A stretch of 57,645 nucleotides of DNA from Chlamydiia bacterium (GTDB lineage Bacteria; Chlamydiota; Chlamydiia; Chlamydiales; JAAKFQ01), in contig JBDNIV010000005.1 in the NCBI GenBank assembly GCA_041688145.1, forward strand, positions 1-57,645. Reading direction: 5' to 3'. This document shows positions 10,536 to 23,483 of this stretch, piece after piece. The translations under genes were made by a program, and so were the position numbers. How positions within the stretch are numbered: the stretch's first letter is position 1; each line of letters begins with the position of its first letter. Below the pieces are notes generated by a model. The model was given only the letters and a program-made list of their open reading frames with translations, did not search any database and was not told where the DNA came from.

Positions 10536-11288
10536 GTGACACAGGCAATTACATCAGGATCCAGTGATCTTATACCCGATCTGAATAATCCCGCAAAAGA
10601 GCTTGATGATGCTAGCGGCTCTTTAGGCTCTGCCTATTTAAAACCCTTAAGCGGTTCTTTACCCTTAGAAATGCACTATACTATTGAAAAAGTGCGCTGG
10701 ATTGAGGGAAAAGTCATCCATGATATCAGCTCAAAAAAAGGCCATGAACAAGTTGTTATAGAAAATAATGGAAAACTCCGGTCTAGAGTCTATGAGCTAA
10801 AGTCCGGAGGCTCTTTAGTCGCTAAAGGCGCCCATCCTAGTTTCCTTAGCCCTGTCATGACTACCTGGACAACAGATATCACCGATAATAAAGGGACTTT
10901 TATAGGCTCTTTAAAATTGCGCTCTGGCGCTTGGGATACGGCTCACGTTGTTGATATTGTCGATTCTCTAGGTAATGTGCGCGCCCACACTATTTTTCCA
11001 AAAAATGGGCCTGAAAAAATTATTTTCCGCTTTCCTGGCACTGACGAAGAAATTTTCAGATTTACCCCTCACCAGCTCGGCTCAAGCACAGGGTGGGACC
11101 TAGATGTGAAGAGACACGATTTAGTTGATCCACGGGTATTGAAAATACTTGCAGCTCTTGTTTCTCAAAATATTACTTTAGATGAGCCTTTAACCTCTAG
11201 AAGCCAAAGCACTGTGAAAAATGCTGCTAAAGATGCCGCCAAATGGGTTATATTCTCTACAATAGCTCTTGCCCGACTGTTCGGCTAA
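10536..11288 (+). CDS. Hypothetical protein, possible LURP-one/scramblase (tubby-C) fold
   Basis: Repeated I-x-D-x-x-G-x-x-(I/V) beta-hairpins and C-terminal DPRVLKILAA helix; GGAGG SD upstream. Confidence 0.5.
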   Translation: MTQAITSGSSDLIPDLNNPAKELDDASGSLGSAYLKPLSGSLPLEMHYTIEKVRWIEGKVIHDISSKKGHEQVVIENNGKLRSRVYELKSGGSLVAKGAHPSFLSPVMTTWTTDITDNKGTFIGSLKLRSGAWDTAHVVDIVDSLGNVRAHTIFPKNGPEKIIFRFPGTDEEIFRFTPHQLGSSTGWDLDVKRHDLVDPRVLKILAALVSQNITLDEPLTSRSQSTVKNAAKDAAKWVIFSTIALARLFG

Positions 11289-11409
11289 TCAGCTCAGTGA
11301 TAGGCCTAGACAAAGGCGGCAATATCAAATAAATGGCAAAAGGCATTGCAATTGATCATTAAGGCCCTTTTGGAGTAAGCTACCGCTAAAAATACGGCTG
11401 CGCCTCTAC

Positions 11410-14795
<3,386 letters not shown>

Positions 14796-14803
14796 CTAAA
14801 AGC

Positions 14804-15184
14804 TTACACAAGAGCTAAGATTACACTAATCACCCACATAGCTACAAGCATGTAGCCTGACTGTACAAAAAGCTTTTGCATAGACATTTTTAGCCAACGC
14901 ACACTCGTAAAGTAAGGAGGGAAAATAAAACCCGCCCAAAGCGCTGTTGCACTAAACAAGCTGTCACCCACACCTTCTACACCTAGACTTGTTAAGATCC
15001 AGCTCAAAACTACAGTGACTAAAAAAGCGTTCACAAGAGCGCCTATCCACTGTTTCATGCTGGGCTTAGCCTTTGGATCGCCTCCGCCCATAGCGACATA
15101 CTGCTTAGAAAAGATGACTCGAAACCATAGAAAAGCTACCAAAATATATGCAGCCATTCCAAAAATAATACCTAACAATTCCAT
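14804..15184 (-). CDS. Small 4-TM membrane protein (DUF1761-like)
   Basis: Four hydrophobic segments; FLWF...FSKQY and LWAGF pattern. Confidence 0.55.
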   Translation of the reverse strand: MELLGIIFGMAAYILVAFLWFRVIFSKQYVAMGGGDPKAKPSMKQWIGALVNAFLVTVVLSWILTSLGVEGVGDSLFSATALWAGFIFPPYFTSVRWLKMSMQKLFVQSGYMLVAMWVISVILALV

Positions 15185-15293
15185 AAAAAACTCCCTGTTA
15201 ATAGACCTAATTTTTGTATATCAAATTTTTTATTTTAACTAAAGTCAAGGGCAAAAGGGAGCTGTATAAGTAGAGGTAAAGCGAAAAGGAGAG

Positions 15294-17147
15294 TTATCTT
15301 TGTCTTAATGTAATAGACGAAAGAGAGGGAATCGTGAGTGCATTTCCTATATCACTTTCTAAAAAAATGCCCCGTCCTCCAAACTCTTCACTATCTGTAG
15401 TAAAGAGAATATCAGAGCTAGAGAAGGCGTTACTTACAAAGCCCAAATACTCTAAAGAAACTTTTTGCTCATTTTGGCTAAAGTTATGAATGCAGATAAG
15501 CACCTCTTCATCGCTCATACGCTTATAGATGATAAGGTTTTGGTCTCGATTTTCGCTATCTACCCATTGAAAGCCTGACCAGTCAAAGTCTCGCTCCCAC
15601 AAGGCGGAGTGCTCTAGATAAAAAGCATTTAGCTTTTCGATCATAAAGCATAAAGACCTGTGCTCTTTTTTTTGTAAAAGCTCCCATTCTATAGAGCGCA
15701 TTCCATCCCACGGACGCATATCTCCTATCTCAAAACCCATAAAAAAGAGCTTTTTGCCAGGATACATAATGAGGTAGCTATAAAGCAGTCTTAAATGAGC
15801 TAGCTTCTCTTTAGGATCACTCACATGAATCTTGTCCCACAGGCTTCCCCGCTCACAAGAAACTTCATCATGAGAAAGGCTCAAAGCAAAGCGCTCATTA
15901 AAAGCATACATTAGCCCAAAGGTAAGCTTTTCATGATGAGCGCCTCTTTGATCAAAAGGCTTTTCTAAATAGTCTGAGGTATCACGCATCCATCCAAGGT
16001 TCCACTTGAGATCAAAGCCAAGTCCTCCTTCAGAAAGAGGTTTTGTTACTCCTGGGAATTGTGAAGCATCTTCTGCAATCACTAAAACGCTTTTGAAATG
16101 GTCTTCTAATGTGCGGTTAAGCTTTTTTAAAAAAGCGATACCCTCGGGATTTTCTATCACACTCTCAGATCCTTTTTCTGCAAAATCTGAATAAAGCATT
16201 GCTGCTACCGAGTCCACACGAATCCCATCAATATGCATAATATCACACCAAAATAGAGCGCTGCTGATTAAAAAGCCTGTTACCTGCGGCTTTTCATAAT
16301 CAAACATAAGCGTATTCCATAGCGGTTGATACCTTCTATTTTCATCAGGGTGTTCGTATAAAGGCGCCCCATCAAAGTTACTTAAAGCAAAATCATCTTG
16401 TGGAAAATGGCTTGGCACCCAGTCGATGATCACGCCAATACCCGATTTATGAAGAATATCTACAAATGCTCTAAAGTCATTAAGCATTCCATACCGACTC
16501 GTCACCGAAAAAAAGCCTGTTACTTGATAACCCCATGACTGATCTAGAGGATGCTCATTTAATGGTAAAAGTTCGACATGGGTAAAGCCCATTTTTTTAC
16601 AGTAGACGCTAAGCTCTTTTGCAATATCTCTATAGTTGAGATACTCTCCTTTCTCAGCCACTTTCCATGAACCTAGATGAAGTTCATAGATATTGATCGG
16701 ACATTTTAAGTCTTTACCCGCCGTATCTCTTTTTTCTATCCATGCCTGATCTGTCCACTGAAACCCCTCCGTATCTACTAAAACAGAAGCGTTCCCGGGG
16801 CGCATCTCACTCGCAAGTGCATACGGATCAGCTTTTAGGATTAAACCTTTTTCTGTTTCCAAAGCAAATTTGTATCGCATGCCAGCCTTAGCTTCGGGTA
16901 TAAAAACGCTAAAAACGCCCCCCTCTTCTTTTTCCATAAGGCTTTTCGTAGCGTCCCAATCATTAAAGTCGCCAATCACAAAGACTTTTTGTGCCCGAGG
17001 TGCCCAAACATGGAAAAAAGCTCCTGAGCCCTCAGGACTAGAATAGCAGATCCTGCCCCCCATTTTTTGGTAGAGCTTTGGATCATTACCCTGCAAAAAG
17101 GCTGCTTTTTCTAGTTGTGTAAAAGGTGCGTCTTTTGGCATTGACAT
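15294..17147 (-). CDS. glgB: 1,4-alpha-glucan branching enzyme (GH13), short form
   Basis: IYELHLGSW, SWGYQVTGFF, DWVPSHFP, DGIRVD, IAED, LSHDEV, PGKKLFFMG. Confidence 0.93.
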   Translation of the reverse strand: MSMPKDAPFTQLEKAAFLQGNDPKLYQKMGGRICYSSPEGSGAFFHVWAPRAQKVFVIGDFNDWDATKSLMEKEEGGVFSVFIPEAKAGMRYKFALETEKGLILKADPYALASEMRPGNASVLVDTEGFQWTDQAWIEKRDTAGKDLKCPINIYELHLGSWKVAEKGEYLNYRDIAKELSVYCKKMGFTHVELLPLNEHPLDQSWGYQVTGFFSVTSRYGMLNDFRAFVDILHKSGIGVIIDWVPSHFPQDDFALSNFDGAPLYEHPDENRRYQPLWNTLMFDYEKPQVTGFLISSALFWCDIMHIDGIRVDSVAAMLYSDFAEKGSESVIENPEGIAFLKKLNRTLEDHFKSVLVIAEDASQFPGVTKPLSEGGLGFDLKWNLGWMRDTSDYLEKPFDQRGAHHEKLTFGLMYAFNERFALSLSHDEVSCERGSLWDKIHVSDPKEKLAHLRLLYSYLIMYPGKKLFFMGFEIGDMRPWDGMRSIEWELLQKKEHRSLCFMIEKLNAFYLEHSALWERDFDWSGFQWVDSENRDQNLIIYKRMSDEEVLICIHNFSQNEQKVSLEYLGFVSNAFSSSDILFTTDSEEFGGRGIFLESDIGNALTIPSLSSITLRQR

Positions 17148-17242
17148 GTTGAAAGATCTCCTACTTCTTTAAGTAACATGGAAACCCATTGAAAACAATT
17201 TTCCACTCTTATATGCAGAGTCTTAAGTAACAAGAGTGCTTC

Positions 17243-17827
17243 ATGGACCCTATTTCTGCAGCGGCTGCCCTATTTATCATGCTCAATCCTATCGGAAATG
17301 TGCCTGTTTTTTTAGGTATTTTGCATGATTATACTCCAAAAAAACAGCGCCAAATTTTACTTAGAGAACTCTCATTCGCTCTTATAATCTTGATTGCTTT
17401 CGCTTTTGGTGGAAAAGCTATCTTAGGTTTCTTAGAACTTGATAATAGCGTGCTCGGTGTTGGTGGAGGTGTTCTCTTATTTCTCATTTCCCTAGGAATC
17501 ATCTTTCCGAGATATAGTGGCATGGAAAAAGAAAACCCCAATCCTCTTTTAGTGCCTATTGCGATCCCCTTAACAGCTGGCCCTGGCTCACTCGCTACCG
17601 TCATGCTCTGGGGCCATCAGATGAGTCCCTTTACAATAGTTACTGTTATTTTCTGCGTATGGCTGATTATGCTTATCATCCTTATGGCTGCTACTTGGCT
17701 TAAGAAAATTGTTAGTGAAAGCATTTTTACAGGCATTAAGAAGCTTGGAGGCTTTTTACTCTGTCTGATTGCCACCCATATGATTGTTCAATATATGATT
17801 AAGCTGATCGAGTCTCAAAAAGCTTAA
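17243..17827 (+). CDS. MarC/YhgN family membrane protein
   Basis: LNPIGNVPVF and VPIAIPLTAGPG motifs. Confidence 0.9.
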   Translation: MDPISAAAALFIMLNPIGNVPVFLGILHDYTPKKQRQILLRELSFALIILIAFAFGGKAILGFLELDNSVLGVGGGVLLFLISLGIIFPRYSGMEKENPNPLLVPIAIPLTAGPGSLATVMLWGHQMSPFTIVTVIFCVWLIMLIILMAATWLKKIVSESIFTGIKKLGGFLLCLIATHMIVQYMIKLIESQKA

Positions 17828-17854
17828 CACAAATAATTTAGCGATAAAAAAACT

Positions 17855-19108
17855 TCAAACTAAATAAGGCATACACTTGCCTATTAGATAGATCGGCACA
17901 TCGACTTCTAGAAGAATGTCATTCTCTTCATATTTTTTATCGATTAGCTTTCCTTGATCAATCAGCTCAGCTACAAGTGCATAAGCGCTTTGAGGGATTT
18001 TTAGCTGCATCCGCTCTCTAAGCTTTTTGACAGAGTCTTGCATAAGACTAAAAAGGTCTTCAAAGCCCTCTTTTTCTTTTGCAGATATAAGAACATTAGG
18101 CGCGTATTGCAGACGCAAGCCTTGCACAATCTTTTTAGACTTAGGGTCATCTACTTTATTAAAAGCGTAGATCATCGTCTGATCTTTTCTACCCAGATCT
18201 TTTAAAACGGTGTGAACAGCTTTTATCTTATCAAGCACATCAGTAGCAGAAGAATCAATCACATGGATAAGGACATTGATATAAAGCGCTTCTTCAAGGG
18301 TGCTTTTAAAGGCAGCTACAAGAGCATGTGGAATGTTTCGGATAAAACCTACGGTATCAACAAGTAAGACAGGCTGATTACTAGGGAGTAAAAACTCACG
18401 TGTCGTCGTATCAAGTGTAGCAAAGAGCTTATCCTCTGCGAGTACTTCACTACCACAAAGAGCATTGAGCAATGTGGACTTTCCCGCATTTGTATAGCCT
18501 ACAATAGCGAAAGTAGGAATCGCTGAGCGCTCACGACGCTTTCTTTGAGATGATCTATTTTTTCTGACCTCTGTGATTTCTTTTTGCAAAGCATATATCT
18601 CATCACGAATAAGGCGCTTATCCACCTCAATTTGCTTTTCCCCCATCCCCTTGAGATAGCCCTTACCTCCTCCAGCTTGCCTAGAAAGGTGAGTCCACTT
18701 CCTTTTAAGCCTTGGAAGCTCGTAGCGCATGCTAGCAAGTTTCACCTGAAGATGCGCCTCTTTTGTCTGCGCTCTTTCATTAAAGACCTGCAATATGACT
18801 TCTGTACGATCTATAACAGCGACCCCTAAAGCCTTTTCCAAGTTCCTCTGCTGAGCAGGAGAGATCTCACAATCAAAAATAACAAGAGAAAGCCCTTTTT
18901 CTTCAACAATGCCTTTCACTTCTTCGAGCTTTCCTGACCCGATATAAAAAGCGCGATCTATTTGGCGAAGGTTACAAATAAGCTCACAAAGAGGGTCTAT
19001 CTCTAAATTGTGACAAAGAGCTGAAAGCTCTTTGAGCAGCTCTTCTGTCCGTGCGCGTTCTCGAGTGTGGTGCAGTGTGCCTATTAAAAGGGCTTTATCT
19101 CCTTTCAT
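17855..19108 (-). CDS. hflX: Ribosome-splitting GTPase HflX
   Basis: SPAQQRNLE, GYTNAGKSTL, LFATLDTT, DTVGFI, NKVD. Confidence 0.97.
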   Translation of the reverse strand: MKGDKALLIGTLHHTRERARTEELLKELSALCHNLEIDPLCELICNLRQIDRAFYIGSGKLEEVKGIVEEKGLSLVIFDCEISPAQQRNLEKALGVAVIDRTEVILQVFNERAQTKEAHLQVKLASMRYELPRLKRKWTHLSRQAGGGKGYLKGMGEKQIEVDKRLIRDEIYALQKEITEVRKNRSSQRKRRERSAIPTFAIVGYTNAGKSTLLNALCGSEVLAEDKLFATLDTTTREFLLPSNQPVLLVDTVGFIRNIPHALVAAFKSTLEEALYINVLIHVIDSSATDVLDKIKAVHTVLKDLGRKDQTMIYAFNKVDDPKSKKIVQGLRLQYAPNVLISAKEKEGFEDLFSLMQDSVKKLRERMQLKIPQSAYALVAELIDQGKLIDKKYEENDILLEVDVPIYLIGKCMPYLV

Positions 19109-19890
19109 AAGGACTCCATGGAAAAATCAATTTTAAGACCATCAAAACCGAGGAAAAAGCCTTCAGGAAGCTCCTTAGAGATCTCTTCATGCTCGACTTC
19201 ATGAGCAATATGAGTGAAATACGTCTTTTTAGCACCTACTTTCTTTCCAAAAGCAATTGCCTCATCAAGGCTTAAATGCACGTGGGAAGCTGTTTTTCTA
19301 AGAGCTGAAAGGATAAGAGTCTCAACACCTTTAAGTGCCTCAAAAATCCCTTCATCATACTCTCGAATATCACAGATATAGGCAAAAGAGCCCATTCGAT
19401 AACCTTTCACTTCCATACCCCCTTGATAAAAGGTTACGTAAGAAATCGGCAAGCCTAAAAAGTTTTTTTCTCCTTTTTTCTCTTCAATCACATCAAAATC
19501 AAAACGCGCCGTGTAATTGCCCCCTTTCGATTCTCGAAAAAGATAATCGTAGCGCTTTTGCACCTCTGCATAAGTCGCTTGAGAAATAAGGCATGGCAAA
19601 GGCTTTTGATTTTTAAAGAAAAAAACACGCAGCTCATCTAAGCCGCCAATATGATCGTAGTGTGCATGAGTTAAAATAAGGCCATCGACATGGTCTATTT
19701 TTTCACGCAGCAATTGATAGCGCACATCAGGACCTGCATCTATTAAAAGCTTCTTACCCTCTACCTCAATAAAGCCTGCTGGGCGAAGACGACTGTTATA
19801 AGGAGAAAGACTTGTGCATGCTTTGCAATGGCACCCAATAATTGGAATACCTGTAGAGCCGCCTGATCCTAAAAATGTAAAGCTGGGCAT
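19105..19890 (-). CDS. PhnP-like metallo-beta-lactamase-fold hydrolase
   Basis: GSGGSTGIP, CHCKAC, THAHYDHIGGLDE, THIAH. Confidence 0.9.
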   Translation of the reverse strand: MPSFTFLGSGGSTGIPIIGCHCKACTSLSPYNSRLRPAGFIEVEGKKLLIDAGPDVRYQLLREKIDHVDGLILTHAHYDHIGGLDELRVFFFKNQKPLPCLISQATYAEVQKRYDYLFRESKGGNYTARFDFDVIEEKKGEKNFLGLPISYVTFYQGGMEVKGYRMGSFAYICDIREYDEGIFEALKGVETLILSALRKTASHVHLSLDEAIAFGKKVGAKKTYFTHIAHEVEHEEISKELPEGFFLGFDGLKIDFSMESL

Positions 19891-19898
19891 GAACTTAT

Positions 19899-20858
19899 TT
19901 ACGCCTTTTTGTTTTCTATCATTTTTATTAGCTTTTTAGCCAAAAGCGCATGGTATAAAAGACCGCGAGACCCGATGCCTCCTATAGCCCATACGTTTTT
20001 TGCTACTTCTTCAATAAATGGCCGTTTACTCGGGCCATAGGCGCGCACAGCAAAAGGCCTTTTTATCACTTGTGCGCTTTGAAGAGGCTTATACGCTAAG
20101 CTAGCATATTCGATGAGTTTATCCATAGCAGCCTTATCTGGAGACTTTGTAGCATCTTCGTATGTGCCTCCAACAACCGCCCCCTTAAAGTCTGATGTAG
20201 GACAACTATACGCTCTGCCTATAATAGGAAATGGAGGAGGCTCTACTTGCAAATGCGCTATTTGCCCAAGCTTATATGTCATGGAAGGAAGCGCTATCCC
20301 TTCAATACTACTCAACTGAGCGCCCAAGGCTAAAACAGATAGATCAAAAATTTTTAGCTCATCTACATGTGTGATCTTCTTCTTTTTAAAAGCGCACCCT
20401 TTGCCTTTTAAATAAACAAAAAGACCCTGCAAATACTCGTCTACAAAAATTGAGCCGCCCTCTTCTATCCACAAACCCTCTGCTTCTACGCTTCCCCCTG
20501 ACTTTTTTAAGACCTCATCAAATCCAATCCACTTCTCAGGAGATGAAGCGTATAAGCTATCTCTAAAACGCTCATCTCTTGGAATGCGTAAAAGGCCAGG
20601 AATAAAGAGCTTTTTACCTGTCTCTTTTTCAATAAATCGGACAAGAGACAGTGTCTCTTCCAGCCCTAAATCGCCCTCAGGTGCTTTTTTTCCCTCATGA
20701 CCTGCGAGTGTATGGATCATCCCTGCTGCAATATGAGAGGCGCCTTTTCCCCCTTCATCGGAGTCCATTAAGGTAATAGAAGCATCGGGATAAGCCTTTT
20801 GTAAAAAGTAAGCAGAGCTGAGGCCACAAAGCCCAATGCCAATAACCGCTATTTTCAT
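19899..20858 (-). CDS. FAD-dependent oxidoreductase (DAO family, MnmC C-terminal-like)
   Basis: Rossmann IAVIGIGLCG, GASHIAAG, GGTYE, GGIGSRGLLY. Confidence 0.8.
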   Translation of the reverse strand: MKIAVIGIGLCGLSSAYFLQKAYPDASITLMDSDEGGKGASHIAAGMIHTLAGHEGKKAPEGDLGLEETLSLVRFIEKETGKKLFIPGLLRIPRDERFRDSLYASSPEKWIGFDEVLKKSGGSVEAEGLWIEEGGSIFVDEYLQGLFVYLKGKGCAFKKKKITHVDELKIFDLSVLALGAQLSSIEGIALPSMTYKLGQIAHLQVEPPPFPIIGRAYSCPTSDFKGAVVGGTYEDATKSPDKAAMDKLIEYASLAYKPLQSAQVIKRPFAVRAYGPSKRPFIEEVAKNVWAIGGIGSRGLLYHALLAKKLIKMIENKKA

Positions 20859-20859
20859 A

Positions 20860-21612
20860 CTACTCTATAATCTCCGCTTGGCTTATGCGCTCAACAGGCC
20901 TAAGACCCTCCTCTTCTATTCGGGTAATCAAAAGCTCTCCCTTATCTGAGATGCCTTGAAAGATAGCGGGGATTTTAATTTTATTGCCTATGCGGATGAA
21001 AATTTTATCGCCTTTTCTATGAGAAAGGCTCTTTTCAATAGCAGGCATAAAAGGGCTTAAGCCTTTTTCTAGAAACATCTCTTTAGTTTCATAGATGATC
21101 TGCGCTACCTCTTCTTTAAGAGAATGAATATCCAATTTTTTCCCCATAAAGTGGGCTCTTCTATCATCAATTTCATCGAGAAAAAGAGTTTCTATATCAA
21201 GTGCGCGATGGGCCCTTCTCCCCTCTTCTGAACTATTCACATTAACCCCAAGACCTACAATCCACCATACCCCTGTAGCCTCTATTAAAAAGCCTCCAAG
21301 CTTTTTACCCTTAAAGACAAGGTCATTTGGCCATTTGAGGCTTACTCCTAAATAGTTTGCTAATTGAGCTCCTAGGGCGATTGCAAGTGCGCTTAAGTCT
21401 TTATGCCCCCCCGGCACTTCAAAAGCGCAGCTGAGATAAAGCCCTCCTTGTAAACTGACAAAAGATCTTCCCTGTCGCCCTCTTCCTCCTGACTGTTTTT
21501 TTGCTAATATCACCTGAAAGCTTCCCTTTGCAAAAGAGCCTACATGCTCTTTTGCCCATGTGTTTGTGGAAGGGATCTCATCAAATTCGGTAATAATAAA
21601 AGAGGGCATCAC
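20860..21612 (-). CDS. birA: Biotin-protein ligase (no HTH domain)
   Basis: STNT, QSGGRGRQGR, KWPND, KKLGGFLIE, GLGVNVN. Confidence 0.93.
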   Translation of the reverse strand: MMPSFIITEFDEIPSTNTWAKEHVGSFAKGSFQVILAKKQSGGRGRQGRSFVSLQGGLYLSCAFEVPGGHKDLSALAIALGAQLANYLGVSLKWPNDLVFKGKKLGGFLIEATGVWWIVGLGVNVNSSEEGRRAHRALDIETLFLDEIDDRRAHFMGKKLDIHSLKEEVAQIIYETKEMFLEKGLSPFMPAIEKSLSHRKGDKIFIRIGNKIKIPAIFQGISDKGELLITRIEEEGLRPVERISQAEIIE

Positions 21613-22469
21613 ATCTGAAGCGCTGGGTAGCTAAAGCCCAGAAGGTGAACAAAATTAATCACAAAATGGGTCAAAATGCTCGCCTCAAGTCTCCTAGCTG
21701 CAAGGTATGAAGCGCCATAAATAAGCCCTGCTATTGTAGATAAGAAAACAAAAGGCAGTCCCCCAGGAAAATGAACAAGACCAAAAAGAACTGAGGCTAT
21801 GATAAGAGCTGCCCACTTGCCCCATTTGAAAGCGCTAAGAAGGCCTGTAAGTTTATTTTGGATAAAGCCTCTAAAAATAGCCTCTTCAATAACACAGGTG
21901 AAAAGCAAGTTAGCTACTACCCACACTGGAGTAAATGCAGGCCACTTAGGCTCCCATCTCACATAACCTATAGACCAGACTAAAATGAGTAAAATAGCTA
22001 CTCCAATCAGGGAGAAGAAAAAAGCTGAAAAAAGAGATCTGCGCCACTCTCCTGGCGTATGACTTAACAAACCCGAGGTGCTGATTAAAATGAAAATACC
22101 CAAAGAGATCTTATCGAAATTAAAGCAAAGCGTATAAGGAGTAGATGTAGGACTTAACTTGCACTCAGATATCATTTCCCAGCCGTGAAACCCTGGGGCA
22201 ATATGCAAGCAGAGAGCAACACCTACAGCAACTAATATCAAGTAGCCCAATGAGCGTAAAGCTTTAGAAAAGCTTGGGCGATTGACTAAAATAAAGCCCG
22301 CTAAAAAAGCTCCTAAAGAAATTAGCCCCATCCATGAAACGCGCTGTGTGACAAGAGCTAAGGCTACCGCTGCTAAATAAAGAGCGCAGGTAATCAGGCG
22401 CTTATCCACCACCCAAAAACTTAAAATAGTCAGCACTAGAAAAAAAGCGCACAATGAATTCAGAACCAT
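21609..22469 (-). CDS. CPBP (Abi/CAAX) family intramembrane metalloprotease
   Basis: EEAIFRG, FGLVH, HFVIN motifs; ATG at 22469 has AAAGGAG SD. Confidence 0.9.
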   Translation of the reverse strand: MVLNSLCAFFLVLTILSFWVVDKRLITCALYLAAVALALVTQRVSWMGLISLGAFLAGFILVNRPSFSKALRSLGYLILVAVGVALCLHIAPGFHGWEMISECKLSPTSTPYTLCFNFDKISLGIFILISTSGLLSHTPGEWRRSLFSAFFFSLIGVAILLILVWSIGYVRWEPKWPAFTPVWVVANLLFTCVIEEAIFRGFIQNKLTGLLSAFKWGKWAALIIASVLFGLVHFPGGLPFVFLSTIAGLIYGASYLAARRLEASILTHFVINFVHLLGFSYPALQM

Positions 22470-22658
22470 GATAACTCCTTTCACTTTACCCTTGATCCCC
22501 TGGGATCGTATTCAAGGGTTCTTTTAACCTGACAAGCCCTCAAGCTTTAACTTGAAAATCTATCCAAGTGTACGCAAAAGAGGACCTTTCAATCAAACCT
22601 TGAATTTAAGATCCCAAAAACATAGTATTTAAGCTCTAGTCAATACTGGGATAAAAAA

Positions 22659-23483
22659 ATGGTAGGAATGAGTCAATTGGGTGAATATTGTAAAAGCGCT
22701 GGGAATAACATAGCAGATGCTTATGAATGGAGCATATCAACTGTAGAAAGCGGCTGTGATGGCATTGCCTACTATGGAGGATATGCTTTAAATAAAGGCG
22801 CTGATTTTTGCTCTCCTTTGACTGATAAAATAGTAGCAACTTGGAAGTACTATACACGCCCTTTTTGGAATACAGCAGCACTTGTGTATCGCTATCCTCT
22901 GTGCGCTATTTCATGGCACCTGCCCAAAACGATTTTATGGATAGAAGGGCAAACAAAACTAAATAGTGAATCTTCCCTATACCAAAGAGTCGATCAAATA
23001 GCCCAAGAAATGGGCCTAACTCAGACACCTGACATATACCTAAAAGCTTCTGGAGCTTTTAGCTTTCTTCCTGAAGGTGGCTGGGGCTCTTTTTTCCAAT
23101 CTGCTCTTGTTATAAGTGAGGCAACTTCAAACGCTTCAATTAAACGCTCGCTTAAAGCTGTACAATACAAAGAGACCTCTATCCAAAGCTTAAGCTTAAT
23201 AGCTGTCGCACTAGGTATGCAGTTGCTTAAAAATTGCTCGCCTCTAGTCCAGCTTACAGCTTTTATTGGATCATGGGCATTCACTTACATAGCTACGCAA
23301 ATAACAGTTGACCAAATCACGGCAAAAAATATTTCTAATGAAGAAGTTGCTGATCTTAAAGGTGAGCTGAACCGCAGCCAAGTAGAGCCTTTACCTAAAG
23401 ATGCCTCTATCTATGCGAAAATGCAGCGCGCCTCTCAAGTCTTATTTTCAGGACCAAGTTATCTGAGATCACTTGCGCTTTAG
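22659..23483 (+). CDS. Hypothetical membrane protein, possibly a degenerate M48/HtpX-like fold
   Basis: LYQRVDQIAQEMGLTQTPDIYL resembles the M48 N-terminal motif; no HExxH; hydrophobic hairpin follows. Confidence 0.45.
   Translation: MVGMSQLGEYCKSAGNNIADAYEWSISTVESGCDGIAYYGGYALNKGADFCSPLTDKIVATWKYYTRPFWNTAALVYRYPLCAISWHLPKTILWIEGQTKLNSESSLYQRVDQIAQEMGLTQTPDIYLKASGAFSFLPEGGWGSFFQSALVISEATSNASIKRSLKAVQYKETSIQSLSLIAVALGMQLLKNCSPLVQLTAFIGSWAFTYIATQITVDQITAKNISNEEVADLKGELNRSQVEPLPKDASIYAKMQRASQVLFSGPSYLRSLAL

Noticed and set aside
22488..22519. Imperfect hairpin upstream of the CPBP gene SD
   Set aside because: Does not cover the SD and matches no riboswitch I recognise
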